A stretch of 64,000 nt of DNA from an uncultured Methanosarcinaceae archaeon (GCA_963733675.1 CAVTET010000012.1:282155-346154), one strand, 5' to 3'. Counted from the stretch's first letter, positions 24,089 through 36,032 are shown. Translations and numbers: made by a program. Notes: generated by a model from the sequence alone, not told the origin.

Positions 24089-24359
24089 AGTTTTTGTGCA
24101 TCCCACTATTTTTGTTAAGGCTCCCGCAGAACGAGAAGAACATATAAAATCTGCAATTAAAGAGCTTACAGAGCCATTTCCAGATAGCGACGAAAACAAA
24201 AAAGAATTTCGAGGAACTCGATTAGTTACATATCGTCTGAGATTTGGCGACTATCGAGTTTTCTATCAAATTGATGAAGAGGAGAAAAAAGTATACGTTT
24301 TCGATATTCGATCGCTGAACAAGCGCATAAAAAATATGGGAAAATTTAATATTAATTAG
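24078..24359 (+). CDS. RelE/ParE-family toxin, C-terminus possibly frameshifted
   Basis: YRLRFGDYRVFYQIDEEEKKVYVFDI. Confidence 0.85.
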   Translation: MTFKVFVHPTIFVKAPAEREEHIKSAIKELTEPFPDSDENKKEFRGTRLVTYRLRFGDYRVFYQIDEEEKKVYVFDIRSLNKRIKNMGKFNIN

Positions 24360-25036
24360 CAAAACTTCCACTAGGGCTTTTTTATTTTTAGATTTTCAGG
24401 AAGCAGTTTAATGTTCACCTTCTGTTCATCTGGATCAAATTTTGAATGTGAATTCCTTGATTATGCATAGTTTATGCTATAAAACCTATGCAGAAGGAAA
24501 TACCAGAAGATTAAGCTTCGTAAGTAAATAACGGATTTATTTAATATTTATTTTTTGATTTATAGATAACTGCGGTTCATTTACGATAATTGATCAAACA
24601 AACTAGGCATTTATTTGTCAAGGCATAGCTAAATTTAGCGATTCTTGAGAATTTATTTTAATAAAAATAATTATTTGGTACTTATAAGCTCTAGAGTAGG
24701 TTCTCATTCGAAGACAATAGAAATTATGGTAGTCACTTAATAAATAGATTATAGAGTCTCTAAATTAGTTTGGCTTCTCAAAGAAAAATGAAGTTGAGCT
24801 TTAAGTCCCAGAAAAGCTATTTTAATAAAACGAATTATATATTGATCGGAACAAAAAGAAATTTGTTATGTAAGTAATTCATGTCTTTCTTAATATAAAA
24901 ATTGAATTGGTTTAAATAGAAAGATATTTATCTCAAATTTTATTATAATATTCTATCTAGCATTATTATATTTTTAATATATTTAACTTTTTATAGGAAC
25001 TATAGAAGGGTAGGAGATATAGCTCAGATAGGAAAA

Positions 25037-25729
25037 ATGATTTCTGAGGTGGTAGTACCTGTAATTGGTTTATTTGTATTACTTTATAATATTCCTGCCT
25101 TTCATGATTTCAACCCTTCTCTAACTAATACTGATACTAAAGCAACTATTACCCAGATAAATATTAATCCAAGTGACGCTGCTCAGATAATGATTGATGA
25201 ACATCCTGGTTTGCTGTATCACGAAATCATTCGTCTACGAACAAAAAATATACCATCAGGAATAAGTATTGAATTTGAACCTACGATTATGGAAAGTGGA
25301 AGTAACTATACTTCAATAATAACAATTTCAGCAGATGAAAAATTTTTTCCCGAAAACTACAACAAGATATCAATTACAAGTGATGGAAATGATGAAAAAG
25401 AACATGCTCGCAATTTTAGCACAAATCTTTGTGGTCCTTCAGATGGTTTGAATAATAAGAGAGCTACTTTAAACATAGTAGGCAAACTCTATGAAGTAAT
25501 TCCGAACGCAAAATCTACTAAGACATCTAGTTAGATAGATGGAATAGCGAGTCTTCGGTAGAGGTCGCATAATATTGGGATCGTAGCCATTGCTCGTAAA
25601 CCTGAATATCTGGACGTTTTCTGGACAGGTAAAGATGGAGCAATATGGAATAACGGGTGGGATATAAATAATGGATGGGGCCAGCCGTTCACAAATGCGC
25701 AGAAAAGATAGTTAAAAGGTCTATCTTAA
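25037..25729 (+). pseudogene. secreted or membrane-anchored protein with a Trp-rich lectin-like repeat beyond in-frame TAG codons
   Basis: ORF 25037-25534. The same frame continues through TAG 25532 and TAG 25559 into AIARKPEYLDVFWTGKDGAIWNNGWDINNGWGQPF. Confidence 0.55.
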
Positions 25730-25784
25730 AATTGAACTTGATCCCACTATTGGGATAGGATTTACACATTTGAATCAAAGTTGC

Positions 25785-26400
25785 GCTAGCGTGCCCCGTT
25801 GCAAGCAACGGGGTCTGTTCGCGTCACCGCTTTGGTTGTAATGGCTATTAAAAATCGAGTATTTTCATTTGCTGATATGCTTCTTTTTCTTCCTTGTTTT
25901 CCTGATTTTCAACATAGTTTTTGATAACATCTGAAGTTGTTCCATCTCCTGTACTTCCAATGTAGCCTCCATCACTCCACAGTTCACAACCCCAAAGCTG
26001 TTTTTTGATTTTAGGGCATTGTTTAAAGATTTATCCTGCTATAATACTTTTTATAATTTGCATGATTTTTGAAGGAGAATACTTTGGTTCAGCTCCCACA
26101 AAAAGATATACATGATCACCATCACTACCAATTGCATCAAACTCAAAACAGTATCTTTCACTAATTTCAAAGCATAAGTTTTTCAAAAAGTTGACGAGTT
26201 CTGTCCCTTAAAAAAGATTTTTACGGTACTTCAAACAAAAAAACCATGTGGTATTTTATTTTATGTACACAAGGGTTTGCACGTCTTAGTTCCATTTACA
26301 GTATAAATGTAGCAAAAAATATAAATTTATTATTTAACAACGGTTATCGGGGAAGTTTTCCATCCCCGCAGCAAGCTGCGGGGTATTCGACTGAAAATAA
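25785..26400 (-). mobile_element. tnpA: IS200-family element with tnpA pseudogene (about 25848-26295) and both terminal hairpins
   Basis: KYHMVF, GSDGDHVYLFVGAEPKYSPSKIMQIIKS, LWSDGGYIGS. Hairpins CCCCGTTGCAAGCAACGGGG (25794) and CCCCGCAGCAAGCTGCGGGG (26364). Confidence 0.9.
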
Positions 26401-26461
26401 AAATGTAGCTGTTATATCTCAAAATAATTCTGCTTTTTAAAGCTTTTTTACTATCTTTAAT

Positions 26462-26695
26462 TGATACATAGTTTTTGTGGCTAAAACTGTGTATTTAGCA
26501 ATTAGATATTGAATTAAACTCATGCGATCGAATTAAGAATCAGAATTGTTATGCATGAAATCATATAAAAGCGTTAAATAGTAAAGCAATAATTAAAAAT
26601 AAAAATTTCTATTGCGATCGATTTTATTTCATCACACAAAAATAGAATTTATTGTTTTGCTGATGCAGAAGTTTTCATACAAAAACTATGCATTA
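26462..26695. mobile_element. about 230-bp MITE-like element bounded by about 30-bp imperfect inverted repeats
   Basis: Left end TGATACATAGTTTTTGTGGCTAAAACTGTGTAT; reverse complement of right end TAATGCATAGTTTTTGTATGAAAACTTCTGCAT. Confidence 0.65.
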
Positions 26696-27000
26696 ACACA
26701 ATAATAAAAATAAGAGTTTTGTCAGTTAAGGCATTGATTTGCATTTACTGGACATATAATCAATAGAAACTTGTATATTCATATAATATATGGAAGAATC
26801 GAGTTACCAAAAACATATGAAAAATCGAAACTTGGATTTGATTTTGTACTTCAAATTCGTGAGTTCTAATGTTATTTAGTTTTGCTAACAACAGCTAATA
26901 TACATAAGTTTACTACCTACAATCTGTGTATTTCATAGGAACCTCAAAATTGGATAGAGAGCGATCTCCTCGTTATAGACTAATATTCAAAAACTTCACT

Positions 27001-27232
27001 TCAGTTTTTCTTTTTTCCCCATTCCCTTTAGAGTCTTTCTCATAGACTTTCTTAACTGCACTCCACGCAACTTTATGAGCCGTTTCTTCTCTGGAAGCTT
27101 CTGCCCTTCTTTCGAATGGTTCTTTATACTCCTCCCAAGCTTTATTGAAAGCTTCCCTATAATATCCTGTCAGTGTTTTGGTAGGTTATCTCTAACTGTT
27201 TCTGATAGTTCGGAATTATTCTTGTATGGCAT
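27001..27232 (-). pseudogene. chaB: ChaB-family protein, frameshifted
   Basis: MPYKNNSELSETVRDNLPKH / YRE AFNKAWEEYKEP...SREETAHKVAWSAVKKVYEKD. Confidence 0.85.
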
Positions 27233-27718
27233 ATATTCACCCTGTGTAATATTATATATTATTTTTGAAAACGATTTATGATGTGATAGAACATGGTATC
27301 CGCAGAATAGACAAAAATTGATTGCTTATCTACTAACTGATTTTATAGTTAAAATAGTTTGAATGCCTTAGTTTCATCTAGTATACAAAAATGATTAAGG
27401 TTATAAATCAGTTATTAACAATGCTTGCTAGGAAGTTTCCACATCTGCCGCAAGTTTCAAAGTACTCACATTAAATGAATTTTAGCGATCTTGTCTAAAT
27501 ATACAAATAAGTTGGAAAATGGACATATTTAGTATTCTAAATTCCATATATAATTCTTTAGCCTATAATAGTTGGATTTAATTAATAGGAAAAATCTTTC
27601 CCCAAAAAAGTAAAATTTTATCCTTTTAAAGGTTACTTGACTAGTTACAGAAATCTACTATTTCAGATAATTTATATAACGCCGAAAACTTAGATTGTTG
27701 TTATTTTTAAATTTATTT

Positions 27719-27946
27719 TTATTTTTTGAGCATTTCCTGAACTTTTTTAATATCCGCGATAGCTTCTCTTTTAATCTCGATCATTTTTTCCATACCGGAT
27801 ATTTTCATTTCCAAAATTTTTATGAATTTATTCATTCTCATTACTGCAACTTCTTTCTTTTGTTCTGTAGTCAGAAGCTCCCACATCTCAACCATAGCGG
27901 TCTCCATTATAGATCCTTGTCCTATCATAGAATGTTCTTGGCACAT
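27719..27946 (-). CDS. small coiled-coil hypothetical protein
   Basis: AGGAG RBS, 75-aa ORF with protein-like composition. Confidence 0.7.
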   Translation of the reverse strand: MCQEHSMIGQGSIMETAMVEMWELLTTEQKKEVAVMRMNKFIKILEMKISGMEKMIEIKREAIADIKKVQEMLKK

Positions 27947-28570
27947 GTTAAAATATCTCCTTCATTGATAATATTTTTTGAATTTACATTTCAAAAATTA
28001 ACCAAAATATTAGTACATTTAAATATTAGTGTATTTTTTATTTCTCATTCCAACAAATTGCTTATGGTGCTTATATAAGCAATTTATTGCAACTAGACGT
28101 TTATTACGTCCATATGTTATTTTTAATTAATGACATAAAAAATAGTTTTTGAATGAAATTTACTTTCGAATTAAATGTTTTAAACCTATAAAAATCATTA
28201 TAAATATTAAATCGTTTTTTGATTGTGAAAAATATTGTCAGGCATTGTTTTTCGATTAGAAGCTATTTTTCATATAATTAATTTAAAATAATTATGTGAA
28301 CAATTGTAGATTGTATACACACCGAACAGACACTTTAAAAGATCAAGAACTAACCGGTATAGTTGAATTGCATGGAAGATGTTGGTCTTAGTTCGAGTTA
28401 AATATGCTTGCGCCGGTATATATTCGAAGTGACTGTATTTGGGCATACAGTAGAGACAACTCTTCCAAGCTTTCTTCCAACCATTTTTACTTCGCTTGAT
28501 TATGCATAATACATATCTTTATACACAACTTCTTCTTCCAAAAGGTAAAAATTAAGGAGTTGATGGTTTT

Positions 28571-28687
28571 ATGGCGTTAGTGATTATAGCCACAATAGCA
28601 GCTTCTGCAGCGGTTGCGGCAACTGCAGCTTGCAAGTTGAAGAAACACTACGATAGTTCTCAAAAAAAAATAAAAAGATGTAGATAA
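28571..28687 (+). CDS. putative 38-aa small membrane peptide
   Basis: AAGGAG upstream; MALVIIATIAASAAVAATAACKLKKHYDSSQKKIKRCR. Confidence 0.4.
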   Translation: MALVIIATIAASAAVAATAACKLKKHYDSSQKKIKRCR

Positions 28688-29198
28688 TTTCATACTTTCT
28701 CATACTTTTAATTTTGAAGCTTAAGTACTTGGTATCAAAAAATGACACCGAGTCAATTAGAAATTATAGAACTTTAGGCAAATTGTCTAAATTTAAAATC
28801 GATCTAAGGAATTTATTGAATTTCGCTATGTTTTTTCAATACTTTTTTTGCATTTCTTAGGAAATCAATGAATATTGGCATATTCCTATATTAGATGTGA
28901 TGGAGTTATAAAAAGTATAAGCAAAAATTTACCTTATTTTGCTTCTAAAAAGTTTTGCCAAAAGTTTTAAAGTGTTGATTCAAATTTAAAAACTTAATAT
29001 AGTGTATTTATCGAAGTGTTCTCATATAAATTTTAAATATTTAATAAGTAATATTATATCTTAATTAAAACATTGCATGTGTATCTGCTTATAGACCAGA
29101 ATTCGAAATGCGGATACGTGAACGGTGTATGGGTTTACCCCACTACCCAGCATCCAGTATCCGTATATCTAAATATAAAATATTGTTAATCTATAACT

Positions 29199-29252
29199 TA
29201 TGGAGCTTATGGAACTCATAGAGCATCTGGAGCTCATGGAACACTTGGAACT
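29199..29252 (+). repeat. degenerate 9-bp tandem repeat x6 encoding x-G-x triplets
   Basis: TATGGAGCT TATGGAACT CATAGAGCA TCTGGAGCT CATGGAACA CTTGGAACT. Confidence 0.7.
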
Positions 29253-29777
29253 AATTAACCCAAACAGCCATCATAAATAGAAAAAGAAGAAATAATAATT
29301 ATATAGATCTGGCATTGTACCAAAGGTTCTGTAAAGTGTGGTTGATTCTATATCTTTTTCTTCCCAATGAAAAAACAGGGATTCTCAGTTTGTTAGCAGA
29401 ATGAGTTAAACAGTTAAGGAAAAATAAGCTAAACGCATCGGGTTGATTATCTCACTAACTACACAATCAAGATCTTATTGTTGTTAACTTCATGTTGATA
29501 ATGTAGTCTCCATGCATAATTAAAAGGGTTGGGCACCTAATTTTCCAGGGCAATAACGATATTCTCTAAGGTAATCAGTATTGTCCTAGTTCTTTTTTTG
29601 AACTATTATTTAGAATAATTTATTCTATCAATTATATAATATATTTAATCGTATTTGATAGTGGAATAAACCGTTATAGATATATGCACAGGAAGTTGTG
29701 GTTGGGTTTCCTGCACATATACAACAAATTAAATTTTTGTTTATTTCATCTCCTTTTTCTTTCACTACAAAAGAATT

Positions 29778-29793
29778 GGTTCCGTTGCAAAAA
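29778..29793 (+). repeat. solo IS6 terminal inverted repeat
   Basis: Exact GGTTCCGTTGCAAAAA. Confidence 0.8.
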
Positions 29794-30062
29794 CTTCAGG
29801 ATAAGCATGTGAACCTATAAGTAACAAATAAAAGTCAAAAGATTCTAGAGTCAATCCGATTTCACAGAACTTTTGGTGCATTGCTGCAGATATATCTTTT
29901 TAATATGGTAATTCTATTCTATTTAGTTGATACAAAACTAAATTTTCATTATAAAGGAAAGGGATTATGTCTTCACTTTAGAAAGCTGTTCAAACGACAA
30001 ATTTCTAGAGAAATCATTAAGGATTATAATATAACTATATAGAGCACTATAATTTATTGACT

Positions 30063-30884
30063 TTATTTTTCATAATTCAATACTTTGTCAATCGTATCTA
30101 CGTATTCAGTTCTGATTCCCACATTTTTTTCTATATACTCTTTAGCATTCACGATTTCCTGTGCTCTCTCAACAAAAATAAAATCACTTAATTTTCTTTC
30201 TACGTATTTATATGTCACAAGCCCACTGTTTTCCCTGGGAATTAAAAACAGTGTTTTCCCTCCAGCTTTTGCTGCCTTGGCTTTTTCGAGCACTCCACCT
30301 ATCGCACCAATATTTCCTTTGCCATCAATAGTACCTGTAATAGTAATGCTGTTATTAAGTTTAATATTGCTATCAATTGCGGAAATAGTAATAAGAGTCA
30401 TGAGAGCGCCTGCACTTGGACCTTCAACACGCGGAATTTGATTTTTAGCGTTAATACTGAATATAACATCACTGCTTGAAAGTGATTTCCTAGTTTTGTT
30501 CTCAGCTACTAAGACTGCGGTATTTCCTGCATCCTGGAAAAGTACGTCCATGAGAGGAGTTGTCTGGACAAGCACACGGCCTTCTCCTGGCTGGATTTCA
30601 ACAGAAACATCAACCATAGCACCTTCTTCAGCAACTGTCGAATCTGGTTGTATGGCTTGAAAGACCGCAGGTCCTTGGAGAGTAGCGAATCCCTTTATGC
30701 CTGATTTATTATTTTGATTGATTTGCGCCCTAATGTCTTCGTTTTCCTTTTGAAGATTATTTATACGGATTTGCATTTCCTGGACTTGTTTTTTTTCAAC
30801 TGAAGGCTGTTCTCCAACTAAGACAAAGTGAGCATTTGCAACAAGCGAGAGGATCAATAGGAAAACAAGAAATTTAGATTTCAT
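30063..30884 (-). CDS. secreted or membrane-anchored S16 (Lon C-terminal-like) serine protease
   Basis: N-terminal hydrophobic leader, VEGPSAG catalytic Ser motif, ITGTIDGKGNIGAIGGVLEKAKAA. Confidence 0.88.
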   Translation of the reverse strand: MKSKFLVFLLILSLVANAHFVLVGEQPSVEKKQVQEMQIRINNLQKENEDIRAQINQNNKSGIKGFATLQGPAVFQAIQPDSTVAEEGAMVDVSVEIQPGEGRVLVQTTPLMDVLFQDAGNTAVLVAENKTRKSLSSSDVIFSINAKNQIPRVEGPSAGALMTLITISAIDSNIKLNNSITITGTIDGKGNIGAIGGVLEKAKAAKAGGKTLFLIPRENSGLVTYKYVERKLSDFIFVERAQEIVNAKEYIEKNVGIRTEYVDTIDKVLNYEK

Positions 30885-30953
30885 ATACCAACCATCAAGA
30901 GTTTGTTGTAGTGGTATTTATTCCTTCTTTTTGAAGATTTTGTGAAATTTTAG

Positions 30954-31183
30954 TTACTTCTTATGCTGGCAATTGCAACAAGTATAGATGCCTTTTTTGT
31001 AGGAATAAGTCGCACGTTTCTCAAAATGCCTATTATTGAACCTGCGCTCATTGTAGGATGTGTAACGTTTATTCTGGTTTTTTTGTGTAGCGATCATAGG
31101 ATATAGGTTAGGTCATTTCTTTGGAAATGAAGCCTAAATTCCAGGTGGCCTGATTCTTATAGGACTTGAAATCAATTCATTGA
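30954..31183 (+). pseudogene. mntP: manganese efflux pump MntP, C-terminal fragment
   Basis: LAIATSIDAFFVGIS...IVGCVTFIL...GGLILIGL. Confidence 0.75.
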
Positions 31184-31491
31184 TATTTAGTAATTGATTA
31201 AAACAAGAATCAATTAGAATGTAATGACTTTTTGAACTTTAATAAACCCCATGAGCCAATAGTTATGCTAACAAAGTTATGTCTCTATTGTTTTCAGTGA
31301 TGCATATATTTTTTTGTGATTAAATCTATGTATTATCTCCTTTTTTCAGCCAAAATCACCGGACATTTTTACCTGATTGTGCAGAAAATACATATTTTTT
31401 ATTAAAATTTATGCTACGTTCAAAAGCCAAAAAATTCCATATTTTATCTCGCGAAGAATAAAAATAAATGAAAATTAAGTAAATATTCAAT

Positions 31492-32089
31492 CTACAAATT
31501 GGATTTATTTAATTTCTTTAGATCTTCTTCTTTAGCAGTTATAACTAGTGTACTTCCTATAGAATTATTCGGGTTAAGTACAATTGCTTTGTTATATGCA
31601 TCAATTGCTTCATGGTATTTACCTAATTCTTCAAAAACTTGTCCTTTAAGGAACCAAAGATACCAAACATCTTTGTCTAACGAATTAACTTCAATTCCTT
31701 TGTAGTAGGTTGTTATTGCTTCTTCATGATTGTTATAATACCCATCTAGAGCAGCACCTTTAACTTCCCAAACCAATGGATTCCGCGGGTTAACTTTAAT
31801 TGCTTGGTCATATGCTATCATTGCTTCATCAGACCTATGTAGGACAACAAGATCATCTCCTTTAAGGCTCCAAGCATTTTCATCAAGCGGATTAATTTGA
31901 AGTGCTTTGTCCTGGATTTGTATGTCCTTTTCATAGACTTTCGTTAAGAAATCTTTACCGGACTAGGACTGTTGCAGATTTCACCGCACCTACGCTACTT
32001 ATCAGCACTAAAAACGCTAGTATAATGATTCCTAAAACCACTATGAAGGTATACTTTCTACTTGCTGTATCATATCTTGCTTTTTTCAT
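31492..32089 (-). pseudogene. membrane-anchored TPR protein, disrupted
   Basis: N-terminal TM segment, then after stops and shifts KALQINPLDENAWSLKG...AYDQAIKVNP...WFLKGQVFEELGKYHEAIDAYNKA. Confidence 0.8.
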
Positions 32090-32652
32090 TATTCGGCTTC
32101 CTGATGTTTGTTAAAATATAGCACATGACACAAATTAAAAGTTTATCAAAATTTTACATATATTAATAAAAAAATTTATAAGATCTTTTGCCTATTATTT
32201 TTTTAAAGTCTGTATAACCGTTGCAACTTTAAGCTTGAATAAACAAAAAACAATTACATGGTGTTAACATTATAATTGAACAAAAATTTAGTTTCAGATT
32301 TGTTCAAAGAGCTAAGGACAAGACCCTAAATTTAAAAATTTTTATTTGAATCAGGTAGTGTTGGTAATGGCTACTATCAGACTTTTAAAACCTAGAATTT
32401 GATTTAAGATTAATCGAGATTGCTTTTTATGAACAAACTTAGCACTAAATTTTGAAGATCTCAAAAATAATAAAAAAACATTATTAATATTTGATTATTT
32501 TTTAACTTAAAAAATTTTATGTAAGAATGAATTTTGTTTAGAAACCATTTTTCATACAATTAACTTAAAATAATGACTGTGACAAAAAGAACACATCAGT
32601 AAAAATGTACATATCAGCACACAAAAATTGAGCAAAAAGAAGTGTATAATTA

Positions 32653-33242
32653 ATGGGAAAACACGCATTTGAGAAGACAAAAAAGATACTGAATATTTTC
32701 ACGATAATTTTTGTGTTTTGATTTTGGCAACTATTCCAATGGCTTTGTGTTATGCAAAAGCACCAACCGAAGTTACAATGCCAGTTCCCACACTGGCTCC
32801 TATACCAATAAATGCAACAACAAACTACCAAGATTCCCAATGGTTGGCAAAGTATCTATCAAATTCACTTATTGTAGCTAATGATATGAAATGCCTAGGT
32901 AATGCATTAATAAACAACAATTTTGCATCAGCTAACAACGATTTCACGTCAGTTTCTACATGTGCAAATACTTTAGACAAAGATAGCCAGAAAACTATAA
33001 CTGATAGTGATTTATACAGTGTATCTCCTGATTTACAAAGTGCAAAAGATGAATATCGACTACAAATGATACAGGCCAAAAGTGCAGCAGTTTATATTTA
33101 TCATGGAGTCGAAGCTTATAAAAAAGGAGACATTGAAGCCGGAGATTCTGAGATGAAACAATCTATTCAAAGTATTAATTCCCTCACAGAACACGCTAAT
33201 AAAGCGTCAAAGCTACTGAAAGCTTATAAGTCCAAAAATTAA
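32653..33242 (+). CDS. secreted helical hypothetical protein; frameshift in the leader near 32715
   Basis: ATG 32653 reads a hydrophobic leader that stops. ORF 32718-33242 continues in another frame. Confidence 0.6.
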
Positions 33243-33714
33243 TCGACTTACGAGTGTTTGTTATAGCTGACTTGCCTTTTGGATAATAAGTGCATATGAA
33301 GTGTTATATACGGTTCTAAACCCGTAACATACGATTATCTGTTAATACGAAGCAATTTACATAAATGAACGGTATCAATAGTCATTGATTTTTTTATTTT
33401 TCTCCGATCTACTACAATTTCTTTGATGCTCATTAAAGAAACTGGGTTAACCCAATTTCCCCAAACCCCCCTTATTTTTGATAAACTCAATAAAGTTAGC
33501 GACTCCATAACCTATTTTGTAGGAAAGCGTACTTCTCCCATCACCACTGAATGAGAACCTTACCTTGAGTCTATCAGTGTCCTATTCTTTGGTTATATTT
33601 ACGAACCATACAATCTGGATACCTACATCTGAATTCACGTGCCTGAGAATTATAGCTAAATATATATTTTTCACCTGGGGATAAAAGTAAAATCAATCAT
33701 ATGGTTTTGTGATC

Positions 33715-34916
33715 AAATAATAGCATATTAATCGATACAAATCTACTTGACGAGTTACAAGAAAACTGAAAAAAAATAAAATTAAAGTTGATCAAAAATA
33801 TTGACAAATTTGGAATTTACGAAGGCACTAGTTTTAAGATAAATAATCTTGAGAGATCAATTCAAGTCAATAATTGGATGTGGCCGAGAACTGATACAGG
33901 TCTGCCAAAAACGATAAGGAAACTTTCAAGGCAATGGCAGAAATCCATCCTGAAATAGGGTCTTTGAAGGAATTAAAAGCTCTTATCGGTGGGCTAAACT
34001 TTAAGTCTATTATGGCTGGTTCAGATGGCAGAAGTCGAACCTTAATCTCCCCATTCTGAACTAAGACTGGTAGAAATGCCCCTAAGGATGACGAGGAGAA
34101 GAAGAATAGAGAAGAATTAAGAGTTAGGTTTATGTTTTGACTTCCTGCTAGTCTGAGAAGTCTAATAACACCGACTGAGGGAAAAGTACTTGCAGATATT
34201 GATTATGCACAACAAGAATTCTTTATCGCAGCTGTTCTTTCTAATGACCCCAATATGATTGAGGCATATAAGAGTGGGGCTCCATATCTAGCTTTTGCAA
34301 AATTAGCAGGTTCAATCCCCGCAGATGCTACAAAAGAAACGCATGGTAATATGAGACAGCTCTTTAAATCCTGTGTACTCGGTGTTCAGTATAGCTTGGG
34401 TGCATAATCACTTGGGCTCAAAATTGGTAAGCCTACACCTTATGCAAAAGAATTGTTGAGTCATCATAAAAGAGTCTTTAACAATTATTGGCGTTGGGTA
34501 GATATGACCTGGACTCAAGCCTGGTTAATGAAAAGGATTGAAACCTGCTATAAATGGAAAATGTTTGTTTCAGGCTCCAGTAATAAGGAAATGTTGACCG
34601 TCCGAAATTTTCCAATTCAAGCCACTGGAGCTGAAATTCTTAGAGCCGCATGCATCCTTCTCTCTGAGAATAAAATTAAAGTTGTTGCTTCAGTTCACGA
34701 TGCGTTGATGATTGAATGCGACGAAAAGGTGGCAGACAAAGAGATAGAGATAGAAGAAAGCTGATGTGTTATGCATCTGAAATTGTTCTAGGTGCTGGTA
34801 ACAGATTGAAAACAGATGTCGATATTGTCCACTATCCTGACAGGTATATAGATGAGAAGGGTGCAGAAACTTGGAATCTTATTATGTGGATCCTCACAGA
34901 GGTAAAACAAGAGTAA
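33715..34916 (+). pseudogene. family A DNA polymerase, 5'-truncated, with several stops and frameshifts
   Basis: TKTGRNAP, motif A DIDYAQQEFFIAA, motif B RQLFKSCVLGVQY, RNFPIQATGAEILR, motif C SVHDALMIE. Confidence 0.9.
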
Positions 34917-35635
34917 AACCCACCATAAATTAGGCTCAAAGACCCTGGGCAGACTTTTCTATTTAGTTGTAGAGCCAAATTGCAATTTCGCTGTAGAGCC
35001 ATATTAATTAGCTGTACAGCAAAATTCTAAAGTCTCATGATATTGGTTTTATGATTAATATCTCTTTAATATATCTTATTTATTTTTTCTTAATATTTAA
35101 TCTATGATATTATAGGGGAGTAAGATAATGTTGGTGATTCCTAAAGAGAAAATAAAAGGATCTTTTATATCTCAAATGCTTTCAAAATGAATTGTGAAGT
35201 TGCCTTCCAATTCAGTAGGGCATACATACAGGATGGCTATGTATATTTGGTACTTAAAAGGGGTAAAAAAATCTTCTAAAGATTTAGTAGTCACCTTGAG
35301 AGGTATAAACTCTTTTTTACCAATTCCGGATTTGGCTTTTCCGAAAGCGTTGGAGGAGTTAGAAAAATGCGGAATGGTAAAAACGGTAAGACAACGAGGT
35401 AAAAGTCCAACTGTAACCATATTATGTGACTACTGTTATGAGGAATATCCCACTTTAAAAACACAAGCAGAAACAATAGAATAACGATATTCACGTCACT
35501 AATTAATGCGACTGTATATAACCTTCTAAATAAAATATTATGTCATATAGAAGCCACATCTTTATAATGAGATATTATGAAAAGCAAAAATAGTATCCTG
35601 GAAATTCCTTTAAATTTGATGTCTGGAGAAACTGT
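34914..35635 (+). repeat. direct-repeat unit 1 (iteron-like array, AT-rich tract, wHTH gene, tail); unit 2 at about 39691-40447
   Basis: Colinear similarity from ACCATAAAT..CAGACTTTTCTATTTAG through the ORF to GATATTATGAAAA..TATCCTG. Confidence 0.9.
35128..35484 (+). pseudogene. small winged-helix-like protein, copy 1 (TGA at 35188)
   Basis: GGGGAG RBS, ATG 35128; KALEELEKCGMVKTVRQRGKSPTVTIL helix-plus-wing pattern; C-terminal CxxC. Confidence 0.75.
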
Positions 35636-35649
35636 GAAATAAAATGAAG

Positions 35650-35933
35650 TGTGAAAACATGACAGCAGCAGCTTTGAGATTAGCCAAGGTGTTCCCGATT
35701 ACTCTGGCAGGGAATGCACCTATGATCTTCGCTTCTCAACCTTCTAAAAGTTTGAAAAATGTCTTAGCATACTCTTTTTCATTGTCTGCCGTCCGGAAAT
35801 TGGCTACTATCTGCTCATGGCCTTCTTCTTTGGCCTGAGATGTAAAATAGCTGTAGCTATTCATGGCCTGAGATTCTCCGGCGAAGGACAGCAATACATT
35901 CTTCTAGGTCTTAGTTCCCTTTAAGCTCTTCAT
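35650..35933 (-). pseudogene. rbr: rubrerythrin N-terminal relic
   Basis: MKSLKGTKT*KNVLLSFAGESQAMNSYSYFTSQAKEEG...TADNEKEYAK...GNTLANLKAAA. Confidence 0.85.
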
Positions 35934-36032
35934 TCTCTCACCATATCTGATTCAAGGCTTATAATTCGAGAGGAACCTGAATGATCTGAGCCGCTTCATA
36001 GATCAGCCAAGTCTATCAGCTCCACTAAACAT

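Noticed and set aside
29108-29166. Hairpin ATGCGGATAC...GTATCCGTAT as an ncRNA
   Set aside because: Matches no RNA family I recognise and is equally explained as decayed coding sequence.
34966-35020. Short repeats as a mini-CRISPR
   Set aside because: The period is only 21-24 bp with similar AT-rich linkers, and there are no cas genes.
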